This document shows, in pieces, positions 19,928 through 28,343 of a stretch of DNA of 64,000 nt. The position numbers and the translations under genes are program-made. Numbering within the stretch: position 1 is the stretch's first letter; the number at the start of each line of letters is the position of its first letter. The notes under the pieces are model-generated. The model ran no database searches. It was not told where the DNA came from and was given only the letters and a program-made list of their open reading frames with translations. This stretch comes from an uncultured Eubacteriales bacterium (GTDB lineage Bacteria > Bacillota_I > Bacilli_A > RF39 > UBA660), in the NCBI GenBank assembly GCA_963545265.1, contig CAUUHY010000002.1, positions 12,953-76,952 on the forward strand, written 5' to 3'.

Positions 19928-20821
19928 ATGAGACAAGAAATGGATGACTTTTTAGAGTTTATAAAAATCGAAAAAGGACTTAGTAAAAATACTTATATAT
20001 CATATCAAAATGATTTAGATATATATTATAAATATTTAACTAACAATAAAATATTTGATATAAAAGATGTTAAAGCAAAAAATATAATAAATTTTATTGA
20101 AAAATATAAAGATAATAACAAAACTACAACTATAGCACATAAATTGACTGTTATTAAGTCTTTACATAATTATTTATATGAAACTAAAAAAATTAAAGAA
20201 AATGTAGCTGAAAATATTAAAAGACCTAAATTAGAAAAAATTCTTCCCAAAGCTTTATCTCATGAAGAAATAAATAAACTTTTAGATATAGAACTTGATA
20301 CTATTCAAAATATAAGGCTGAAAGCTATGATGGAAATGCTATATGCTACAGGTTTTAGATCAAGTGAATTACTTAATTTAAAAATGCATGATATAGATAC
20401 AGTTAATTACATAATTAGATGTAAAGGTAAAGGTAATAAAGAAAGAATAGTTCCTATGAGTGAAATAACTTTAAAATACTTAAATAAGTACTTAGAAATT
20501 AGACATATGTTTTTTAAGAAAGAAAAACCATCAGATTTTGTGTTTTTATCTATGAGAGGGAAAAATATTAATAGAACTACTTTTTTTAAAGAAATAAAGG
20601 ATTTACTTATAAAAAAAGGTATAAATTATAATATATCTCCTCATAGTTTAAGACATTCGTTTGCTACACATTTATTAGAGGGTGGAGCTGACTTAAAGAG
20701 TATTCAATTTATGATGGGACATTCTGATATTTCAACTACAAAAATATATACTAAAATAGCAAATACTAAATTAAAAGATGAATATAATATTACACATCCT
20801 AGAAGTAAAAGAGGTAATTAG
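19928..20821 (+). CDS. xerD: tyrosine recombinase XerD-type
   Basis: N-terminal SAM-like domain (FLEFIKIEKGLSKNTYISY) and catalytic residues in ATGFRSSEL, HSLRHSFATHLL and GHSDISTTKIYT. It sits upstream of a deoB homologue, as ripX-drm does in B. subtilis. Confidence 0.85.
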   Translation: MRQEMDDFLEFIKIEKGLSKNTYISYQNDLDIYYKYLTNNKIFDIKDVKAKNIINFIEKYKDNNKTTTIAHKLTVIKSLHNYLYETKKIKENVAENIKRPKLEKILPKALSHEEINKLLDIELDTIQNIRLKAMMEMLYATGFRSSELLNLKMHDIDTVNYIIRCKGKGNKERIVPMSEITLKYLNKYLEIRHMFFKKEKPSDFVFLSMRGKNINRTTFFKEIKDLLIKKGINYNISPHSLRHSFATHLLEGGADLKSIQFMMGHSDISTTKIYTKIANTKLKDEYNITHPRSKRGN

Positions 20822-20824
20822 AAA

Positions 20825-22000
20825 ATGAAATTTAAAAGAATATTTTTAATGATTATTGAAGGAATAGGAGTAGGGGAAGCAAGTGATGCATTAACCTATT
20901 CAGATAATGGAGTAAATACTCTAAAACATGTTTTAGATGAAAATAAATTAGTATTACCAAATTTATCTAAATTAGGCTTTTTAAATACTTTAAATATGAA
21001 TGAAAACAATAATGTAACAGCTTACTATACAATAGCAAGACCTACTAATTATGGAAAAGATGATTTAAGTAATTATTATGAGTTATTTGGTATAGCAAAT
21101 CTAAATGAATTTAAAGATTTTTCCAAATTACAAACTTTTCCTGTTGAATTGATTGAAAATTTAGAACAAATAACTAATTATAGAATAATTGGGAATAGAA
21201 TATTACAAAATAAAAATGAAATAATAAACGAATTAGGGGAAAGACATTTAAATTATGGTTCTCTTATACTATATTCAACTAGTAATTCTACTATAGAAAT
21301 ATCTGCTCATGAAGATATTATGCCAATATCAAAATTATTTGCTTATGCTGAAAAAATAAGAAATTTTACTGATAAAGATTCAAGATTTGCAGTTTCAAGA
21401 GTAATAGCTAGAAGTTTTAGTGGATACAAAAAAGGGGAATTTAAATTTACTGATGAAAAAACATTTATAAATAATATACCTAACTCTTATACAAAAAACA
21501 TTATAAAACAAGGAAAAGAGGTTATTTCAATAGGTAAGTTAAATGATTATCTATCAAAAGATTCTGTAACAAAAATAATAAAATCATCTTCTAATAACAT
21601 AAATACAATAAATAAGCTAATTGATATAATAGATAAAAAATTTGAAGGTCTTTGTATAGCATCACTTACTGAATTAAAAGATGCAGCTAGTAGAAAAGAT
21701 ATAGAAGCCTATTCTTATTTATTAGAGGAATTAGATGTAGAAATTCCACTATTATTGAATAAACTTGATAAAGATGATTTATTAATTATAACTTCAGATA
21801 CAGGAATAGATTTAAGAAAAGAAGAAGTAGGTAATACTAGAGAAAATGTTCCAATTATCATTTACAGCAGAAATTTAAAAGAGAGTACTATACTCCCTAT
21901 CTTAGATACAAAATCAGATATAGCTGCTACTATAGCAAATAATTTTGATATAGAAGATTACACTACTTTTGGAAAAAGTTTTTTAGATAAATTAAAATAA
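20825..22000 (+). CDS. deoB: phosphopentomutase (DeoB/Drm) homologue with degenerate catalytic motifs
   Basis: Collinear with DeoB over the full length (KRIFLMII.GIGVGEASDA, SAHE, SRVIARSF, DDLLIIT, TRENVPIIIYS, GKSFLDKLK), but the metal and nucleophile motifs are replaced (see findings). Confidence 0.8.
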   Translation: MKFKRIFLMIIEGIGVGEASDALTYSDNGVNTLKHVLDENKLVLPNLSKLGFLNTLNMNENNNVTAYYTIARPTNYGKDDLSNYYELFGIANLNEFKDFSKLQTFPVELIENLEQITNYRIIGNRILQNKNEIINELGERHLNYGSLILYSTSNSTIEISAHEDIMPISKLFAYAEKIRNFTDKDSRFAVSRVIARSFSGYKKGEFKFTDEKTFINNIPNSYTKNIIKQGKEVISIGKLNDYLSKDSVTKIIKSSSNNINTINKLIDIIDKKFEGLCIASLTELKDAASRKDIEAYSYLLEELDVEIPLLLNKLDKDDLLIITSDTGIDLRKEEVGNTRENVPIIIYSRNLKESTILPILDTKSDIAATIANNFDIEDYTTFGKSFLDKLK

Positions 22001-22257
22001 TATTATTTATATATACTATTAATATAAATAATATATATCCTTATTATATATATAATATAAGGATAATGATTATAATAATAACATTATATTTAATAATGTA
22101 TTATTTTATTAAATTTATAATTTATAATTTTGTTTTATAACTTTATGTGTATGTGTTTTATATATTTTCTCCAGATAATAAAATTATACTTAGAGGTATA
22201 TTTAAAATAAATATTAGCTTATATATAATAAAAAAATACAAAAATAAAATATAATCA

Positions 22258-22285
22258 ATTCAACATAATATCAATTATGCGAAGT
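22258..22285 (-). other. dif: candidate dif site (XerC/XerD chromosome dimer resolution site)
   Basis: The minus strand reads ACTTCGCATAA-TTGATA-TTATGTTGAAT with 11-6-11 architecture. The XerD arm matches E. coli dif 10/11. The XerC arm matches E. coli and B. subtilis dif 8/11 each. It lies in the non-coding gap between convergent gene blocks. Confidence 0.7.
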
Positions 22286-22302
22286 TAAATTTTTGAAAGA
22301 GA

Positions 22303-22330
22303 AAACCATAATATTTAATTATTATGGTTT
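22303..22330 (-). terminator. putative terminator hairpin at the 3' end of lepB
   Basis: Stem AAACCATAAT / ATTATGGTTT with an 8-nt loop, overlapping the lepB stop. The downstream U-tract is poor (TTTTCTCTTTC). Confidence 0.4.
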
Positions 22331-22823
22331 ATCTTTTATCAAATGGAAAGATTCTAAATTCAACCCGACCTATAATATTATTCTTCATTATAGTTCCAAA
22401 GTTTCTACTATCATAAGAGTTATATCGATTATCTCCCATAACAAAGTATTCATTATCTTTTAAAGTTATTTCATCAAAATCATATGATGCTGTATATGAA
22501 TTAATATAATTTTCTTTTACTTCTTTGTTATTAATATATAATTTACCATTTTCTACTTTTATTTTATCATTTGGAAGTCCAATAACTCTTTTGATAAGAT
22601 CATTATTTCTATATTTTAATACTATCACTTCTCCCCTTCTAATAGGTTTAAAACTGTATATAATTTTATTTAAAAACATAAAATCATTATTTTTATATTT
22701 AGGATTCATACTATCCCCTTTTACCAAAATAAAATTAAAAACAAATATTTTTAATATAATAATAATAATAACTATTGTTATAAATTTTTTTTCTTTTTTT
22801 ATTAATTCTAATAATTTTTTCAT
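22329..22823 (-). CDS. lepB: signal peptidase I
   Basis: N-terminal TM helix, catalytic Ser motif GDSMNP, Lys motif KRVIGLPND and GDNRYNSYDSR. Confidence 0.88.
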   Translation of the reverse strand: MKKLLELIKKEKKFITIVIIIIILKIFVFNFILVKGDSMNPKYKNNDFMFLNKIIYSFKPIRRGEVIVLKYRNNDLIKRVIGLPNDKIKVENGKLYINNKEVKENYINSYTASYDFDEITLKDNEYFVMGDNRYNSYDSRNFGTIMKNNIIGRVEFRIFPFDKR

Positions 22824-22847
22824 ATAATTAAAAAATTAGACCTAAGC

Positions 22848-23195
22848 CTAATTTCTTCCTCTTTCTTTAATTTTATAAGTACCTACGTATGAATCTAAGA
22901 AATTAAGTTTAACTCTTCTAACTTTACCTTTCTTAACAACTTCAAGGCTTTCTATTTTAGGTGTATTTAAAGGTAACACTCTTTTAACACCAATACCTGC
23001 AGATTCTTTTCTTACTGTAAATGTTTCTGATATTCCAGATCCTTTACGAGCTACTACAACACCTTCAAAATTTTGAATTCTTTCTTTATTACCTTCTTTA
23101 ATCTTTAATGCTACTTTAACAGTATCACCAACTCTGAATTCAGGTAAATCAGTTCTTCTTTGTCTTGCAGTAATTCTATCTATTACGTTTGTCAT
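22848..23195 (-). CDS. rplS: 50S ribosomal protein L19
   Basis: [31 protein letters not shown].. is characteristic of L19. 115 aa. Confidence 0.97.
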   Translation of the reverse strand: MTNVIDRITARQRRTDLPEFRVGDTVKVALKIKEGNKERIQNFEGVVVARKGSGISETFTVRKESAGIGVKRVLPLNTPKIESLEVVKKGKVRRVKLNFLDSYVGTYKIKERGRN

Positions 23196-23298
23196 AATTT
23201 TCTCCTTTCAATTTGTATTTATGTAATCATAATTAATATACCAGCGGATTACTACGTCTATAATTATAACAAAGCTTGCTGTTTATTTCAATATTTTT

Positions 23299-23307
23299 TG
23301 GTATAAT
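23299..23307 (+). promoter_or_regulatory. extended -10 element TGGTATAAT upstream of rarA
   Basis: Perfect TGnTATAAT 23 nt upstream of the ATG at 23330, with RBS GAGG between. Confidence 0.45.
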
Positions 23308-23329
23308 ATTGATACTGAGGTACTTATTA

Positions 23330-24541
23330 ATGAAAGAATTATTATCTAATTTATTAAAGCCAAAGACATTAAGTGATATTGTAGGTCAAAAACATTTAGT
23401 TGGAGAAAACAAGATATTAAATAATATGGTTAAAAATCAAAAGTTATTTTCCTTTATTTTAACTGGTAAAAGTGGTAATGGAAAAAACTCTATTGCCAAC
23501 GCTTTAGTAAATGATTTGAATCAGAATTATCGATATTTTAATGCTGTAATTCATAGTAAAAAAGATTTGGATATTATATTTGAAGAAGCAAAACTTTATA
23601 GAAATTTAATTGTTATAGCAGATGAATTTCATAGATTGAATAAAGCTAAACAAGATTTGTTTTTACCTTATATTGAAAACAATTTAATAACTATAATTAT
23701 TTTAACTAGTCAAAATCCCTACTTTGCTGTTAATCCTGCTATTAGAAGTAGATGTCAAATATTTAAATTACAAGATTTAAAAGAAGAAGATATTTATGAA
23801 GGTATTAATAAAGCTATAACTAAGTTAGAAAATATAAAAATAACAGAAGAAGCTAAAAAAATGATTAGTAAACTATCTAATGGAGATTTAAGATTTGCAT
23901 ATAATCTTCTTGAGGTAGCATATTATTATAACGAAGAACACTTAATTGATGAAAATGTAATAAAAGAAATAAATCCAGAATCTAATAAGTTTTTAGATAA
24001 TCTTGAAGATTCATATTATGATTTACTTTCTGCTCTTCAAAAATCTATTAGAGGAAGTGATGTTGATGCTTCTTTATATTATTTAGCTCTTTTAATTGAA
24101 AGAGGAGATATTGAAAGTATACTTAGAAGATTAATTGTTATTGCTTATGAAGATATATCTTTAGCTAATCCTACCATGGGAATTAAAGTTAATGCTGCTT
24201 ATCAAAATGCTATTACTGTAGGTCTACCTGAGGCTAGAATTATACTTTCTCAAATAGTTATAGAAATGGCTTTATCAGTTAAATCTAACTCAAGTTATAA
24301 AGCAATTGATGAGGTGTTAAACTTAATAAAATTAAAAGATTATGGAGTTAATCCTAATATAAAAATACATACAACTACTTATAAATATCCACACGATTAT
24401 AAGAATAACTTTGTTAATCAAGAATATTTACCAAAAGAAATTAAAGATAAGAAGTTTTATATTCCTAAAACCTCTGGTTTTGAAAAGAATATTAAAGAAT
24501 ATTACGACTTTATAAATGAACTTAAAAAACATCCTAAATAA
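23330..24541 (+). CDS. rarA: replication-associated recombination protein A (RarA/MgsA AAA+ ATPase)
   Basis: LKPKTLSDIVGQKHL start, Walker B IADEFHRLNKAKQD, sensor region QNPYFAVNPAIRSRC, and the C-terminal YYDLLSALQKSIRGSD and YKYPHDY motifs. The ATG at 23330 is preferred over the upstream TTG. Walker A is atypical (GKSGNGKNS). Confidence 0.85.
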   Translation: MKELLSNLLKPKTLSDIVGQKHLVGENKILNNMVKNQKLFSFILTGKSGNGKNSIANALVNDLNQNYRYFNAVIHSKKDLDIIFEEAKLYRNLIVIADEFHRLNKAKQDLFLPYIENNLITIIILTSQNPYFAVNPAIRSRCQIFKLQDLKEEDIYEGINKAITKLENIKITEEAKKMISKLSNGDLRFAYNLLEVAYYYNEEHLIDENVIKEINPESNKFLDNLEDSYYDLLSALQKSIRGSDVDASLYYLALLIERGDIESILRRLIVIAYEDISLANPTMGIKVNAAYQNAITVGLPEARIILSQIVIEMALSVKSNSSYKAIDEVLNLIKLKDYGVNPNIKIHTTTYKYPHDYKNNFVNQEYLPKEIKDKKFYIPKTSGFEKNIKEYYDFINELKKHPK

Positions 24542-24551
24542 GGATGTTTTT
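24525..24551. terminator. bidirectional terminator between rarA and lon
   Basis: Stem AAAAACATCCT / AGGATGTTTTT with a 5-nt loop. It overlaps both stop codons. Confidence 0.6.
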
Positions 24552-26859
24552 ATTTGAATATATTTTTATATATTTCAGAATATAATGATACTGGAATTAT
24601 CTCTAAGTTTTTCTTTATTTCATTAGGAACTTCTTCTAAATCTTTAATATTATCTTTTGGGATAAATACTTTTTTCATTCTTGATCTATATGCACCAATT
24701 AGTTTTTCTTTTAATCCACCTATTGGAAGAACATGACCTCTTAAAGTAATTTCTCCTGTCATACATATATCACTATCTACTTCTTTGTTTTTAATTAAAC
24801 TAATAAGTGTTGTAGTAAGTGCTGTTCCTGCGCTTGGTCCATCTTTTGGAGTTGCAGCTTCTGGTACATTTATATGTATTACCATTTCATCTAATTTATC
24901 TAAATTAATTTTAAATTCTTTAGCATTAGATTTTATATAAGATAATGCAATTCTTGCTGATTCTTTTAAGACATCTCCAAGAGATCCTGTAAGAATTAAA
25001 CTGTCTTTAGATTTATACATATTAGCCTCAATAGGTAATATATCTCCACCAAATACTGTATATGCTAAACCATTTACTACCCCTACTCTTTTCTTATTTT
25101 CATTTTCGTTATATGAGTATTTAGCAACTCCTAAATATTTTTCTATTTCTTTTTTATTTAATTTATAACTAGTTGTTTTCTTTTTATCAAATATTATCTC
25201 TTTAACTATTTTTCTAAATATACTAGCTATTAATCTATCTAATTCTCTAACGCCAGATTCTTTAGTATAATTTCTAATTATTTGTAGTATCGCTTCATCT
25301 GGTAAATTTACTTCTTTACTAGTTAAACCATGTTCTTTAAGTAAATTGGGAACTAAATAATTCTTAGCTATATCTAATTTTTCATATTCAGTATAACTAG
25401 ATATATCTACTATTTCTAATCTGTCTTTTAGTTCATTTGGAATTTGTTCTATATAGTTTGCGGTTGCTATAAACATAACTTCACTTAAATCAAATTCTTC
25501 TTCTATATAGTGATCTACGAATGAAGAGTTTTGTTCTTTATCAAGTACTTCAAGTAATGCAGATGCCGGATCTCCTTTTATATCTTTTGTCATTTTATCT
25601 ATTTCATCTATGATAAATACCGGATTTTTACTCCCTGCTTTTTTCATACCTTGAATTATAAGTCCTGGCAAAGATCCAACATATGTTCTTCTATGTCCAA
25701 CTATTTCTGCTTCATCTCTAACTCCACCTAAAGATATTTTAGTTTGTTTTCTATTTAAAGCTTTTGCTATACTTTTTGCCATCGTAGTTTTTCCAACACC
25801 AGGAGGACCTACTAAACACAATATTGGACTTCTTAGAGAATTTTTCTTTTGTTTAACAGCTAAATATTCAATAATCCTCTCTTTTACTAAAGTTAGTCCA
25901 TAATGTGTTTCATCAAGCTTTTTAGCTACCTTTTTTAAGTCTTTTTCATCTTCTGTAGTTTTATCCCAAGGAAGAGTTAATAACCAATCTATATATGAAG
26001 CAATCATTGTCATTTCAGGAGATAATTGATTTCCTGCTTCATATTTATTAATTTCTTTTTCGAGTCTCTCTTTTATCTTTTTAGGAGCTTTTAATTTTTT
26101 AGCTTTTTCTTTTAGTTCATCAATTTCTTGATCAGAATTAAAACCTTCTCCTAATTCTTCTTTTATTATTTTTATTTTTTCTTTTAATATAAATTCTTTT
26201 TGACTTTTTTCTAAAGAAGACGTTACTTTTGATTCAATATCTTGTTCTAACTCCAATATTTCTAAATCATTATTAATATCTTCCAGAATCATAGAAACTC
26301 TTTTTTTAACACTAATTTCTCTAATGTATTCTAATTTTCTTTCGTAATCTAAAGGTAAAAATATAGCTATTATATCAGTTAATATTTCTATATCAGTAAT
26401 ACCTGTAATTTTAGATAATATACCATTAGATATATATGGAACGTTTTCTATATAGTTTTCTGTTTTTTTGATTAATGTTTTTACATAAGCGTTGTTTTCT
26501 TTAATAGTTAATTCATCTTCTTGAATATTTTTCATATTACCAATAATAATGTCAGATTCTTTTAAGTAATTTGTAATTAACACTCTTCTTAAACCTTCTA
26601 TTACTACTCTACTTTTTCCATTAGGCATTTCAATTTTCATTTTAATTTTACCTAAAATACCATAGTTAGATAATTCGTTTATACTTGGTTCTTGTTCTAA
26701 TTTATCATCTAAATTAACAATAAGTATTTCGTTGTCATAAAAATTAGACGCTATTTTAATGATATCTTTATCTTTTTTTTCAACTAATTCTATTCTTGCT
26801 TCACTAGATGGAAAAATCATCATATTTCTCATTATAAGTATTGGTTTATAATTGGTCAT
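24550..26859 (-). CDS. lon: ATP-dependent Lon protease
   Basis: Lon N-domain, Walker A GPPGVGKTT, and the proteolytic Ser motif PKDGPSAG with downstream catalytic Lys region. 769 aa. Confidence 0.95.
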   Translation of the reverse strand: MTNYKPILIMRNMMIFPSSEARIELVEKKDKDIIKIASNFYDNEILIVNLDDKLEQEPSINELSNYGILGKIKMKIEMPNGKSRVVIEGLRRVLITNYLKESDIIIGNMKNIQEDELTIKENNAYVKTLIKKTENYIENVPYISNGILSKITGITDIEILTDIIAIFLPLDYERKLEYIREISVKKRVSMILEDINNDLEILELEQDIESKVTSSLEKSQKEFILKEKIKIIKEELGEGFNSDQEIDELKEKAKKLKAPKKIKERLEKEINKYEAGNQLSPEMTMIASYIDWLLTLPWDKTTEDEKDLKKVAKKLDETHYGLTLVKERIIEYLAVKQKKNSLRSPILCLVGPPGVGKTTMAKSIAKALNRKQTKISLGGVRDEAEIVGHRRTYVGSLPGLIIQGMKKAGSKNPVFIIDEIDKMTKDIKGDPASALLEVLDKEQNSSFVDHYIEEEFDLSEVMFIATANYIEQIPNELKDRLEIVDISSYTEYEKLDIAKNYLVPNLLKEHGLTSKEVNLPDEAILQIIRNYTKESGVRELDRLIASIFRKIVKEIIFDKKKTTSYKLNKKEIEKYLGVAKYSYNENENKKRVGVVNGLAYTVFGGDILPIEANMYKSKDSLILTGSLGDVLKESARIALSYIKSNAKEFKINLDKLDEMVIHINVPEAATPKDGPSAGTALTTTLISLIKNKEVDSDICMTGEITLRGHVLPIGGLKEKLIGAYRSRMKKVFIPKDNIKDLEEVPNEIKKNLEIIPVSLYSEIYKNIFK

Positions 26860-26882
26860 TTTCTCTCCTTAATATGAATATT

Positions 26883-26910
26883 ATTATAACTGTATTTTTT
26901 TTATTTTCAA
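26883..26910 (-). promoter_or_regulatory. sigma-A-type promoter of lon (TTGAAA-16 nt-TATAAT) with overlapping 13-bp palindrome
   Basis: On the minus strand, TTGAAA (26905-26910) and TATAAT (26883-26888) are 16 nt apart. The palindrome AAGAAT-A-ATTCTT (26909-26921) overlaps the -35. Confidence 0.5.
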
Positions 26911-26952
26911 GAATAATTCTTAAAAATGAAATAAAAAAATAAGATTATTTTC

Positions 26953-28323
26953 TTATTTTTTCTTTTTCTTTTTGTGCTTCTTATTACTACTTTTTTTGTT
27001 TTTTGTTTTACTTTTTTCTCTTGTTTGATTATGTAGTTTTGTATGAATTTTATTAGATTTTATTTTTGCTTTTTTAAAAAATTTAATATTACTAATTCTA
27101 TTGTAATATATAAATATTACAGCAATTAAAACTATTAGTATTAAAATTAATATATAATTTATAATATTTTCTATTATAAATAATTTATTATAATTATCTA
27201 TACTTTTTTCACTTACTATAGTAATAGAGTTTTGGTTGATTATTAATTTTATAATCTTTTTTATATTTTTGATATTTAAATAGCTAGTCTTTAAGTTATT
27301 ATTCATTTTATATAGTTTGTTGTTAGTAGATATATAAAATTCATTATTTTCTTTTAAAACATATGGTTCGATATCAGAACTAATATATTTTTTAGCCATT
27401 AATGTAAAATTTTTATATTTTGATATTTCTAAACTTCGTTTATCTTTTAAATATGTAAAAATAATTATTTCTTTATTTTTTTCATTTACATTTATTACTT
27501 TTCCTATTAGATTTTTATCTTTGTCTTTTTGAAATAATATTCTTTCTTTATTAGAATATTGTGTAAGTATTCCACCTTGATTATTTTCACCAAGTAAAAA
27601 ATAACTATTTTCTTTTAATGATAATATTTTATTAAATTCTTTATATCCCAAAGACATAGTAACTACTTTGTTTAAAGATAAATCGTATTTTATCATTAAA
27701 GATTCTTTTGTTATAAAATTTTCACCAACCATTAAAAAAGCATCTTTATTTTGTAAAAAATCATTAAATATTGATGAATATTCCTCAACTAATTTTTGAA
27801 CTTCTTCACCACTATTTTTATTTATTTTTAATATAAAAGCAGGACTTCCTCCAATTATAATTAATTCACTATCATTAATAGACTTTATATTAGTAGCTGT
27901 ACCAGAAAAACTTTTTGTATATTCAATTTTTCCATTTTTTGAAATTTTAGTAACTGAAAAAAAGTTATTATCTGTATTTTCTAATACATAATAAAATTCA
28001 TTATCAATATATATTAAAGATTTAGGCATTTCATATATAGATTTTTTATTTGATTTTATACTTTTAGGAGATAAATTTAACTTAAAAACTTCTTTATTAT
28101 CAGTATACTTTATTAATATATTTTTATAATTTCTAATATATGTTTCATTTTCATAAGTTTCATTAACAATTTCAGATTTTAACACTAAAATATTATTGCT
28201 TTTTTTTATAACATCTATATTAATTTCGTTATTTAACGTTTTAATATTCAAAGCAAAACTACTAAAGTTAGCTAAAAATATTGTCATAAATAAAATAACT
28301 GATATTTTAATTGTTTTTTTCAT
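26953..28323 (-). CDS. exported protein with C-terminal membrane anchor and poly-lysine tail, function unknown
   Basis: N-terminal signal peptide, ~370-aa repetitive beta-rich ectodomain, TM helix IINYILILILIVLIAVIFIYY and a basic tail ending KKHKKKKKK. Confidence 0.5.
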   Translation of the reverse strand: MKKTIKISVILFMTIFLANFSSFALNIKTLNNEINIDVIKKSNNILVLKSEIVNETYENETYIRNYKNILIKYTDNKEVFKLNLSPKSIKSNKKSIYEMPKSLIYIDNEFYYVLENTDNNFFSVTKISKNGKIEYTKSFSGTATNIKSINDSELIIIGGSPAFILKINKNSGEEVQKLVEEYSSIFNDFLQNKDAFLMVGENFITKESLMIKYDLSLNKVVTMSLGYKEFNKILSLKENSYFLLGENNQGGILTQYSNKERILFQKDKDKNLIGKVINVNEKNKEIIIFTYLKDKRSLEISKYKNFTLMAKKYISSDIEPYVLKENNEFYISTNNKLYKMNNNLKTSYLNIKNIKKIIKLIINQNSITIVSEKSIDNYNKLFIIENIINYILILILIVLIAVIFIYYNRISNIKFFKKAKIKSNKIHTKLHNQTREKSKTKNKKSSNKKHKKKKKK

Positions 28324-28343
28324 TTTTACTCCTTTTTATTAAA

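Noticed and set aside
22037-22063. Imperfect AT-rich hairpin (TCCTTAT..ATAAGGA) just after the deoB-like gene as its terminator.
   Set aside because: The stem is interrupted and no U-tract follows, so it is too weak to report as a feature.
22143-22153. TTATGTGTATG in the same intergenic gap as a possible XerD half-site or second dif.
   Set aside because: Only the TTATGT hexamer matches. The 11 nt that would form the XerC arm (AATTTTGTTTT) bear no resemblance to known arms. The site at 22258-22285 is far better.
23196-23329. Possible L19 (rplS) leader RNA in the 134-nt divergent region upstream of rplS.
   Set aside because: I cannot recognise a conserved L19-leader structure by eye. The region is very AT-rich and also holds the rarA promoter. 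An Rfam covariance-model search would be needed.
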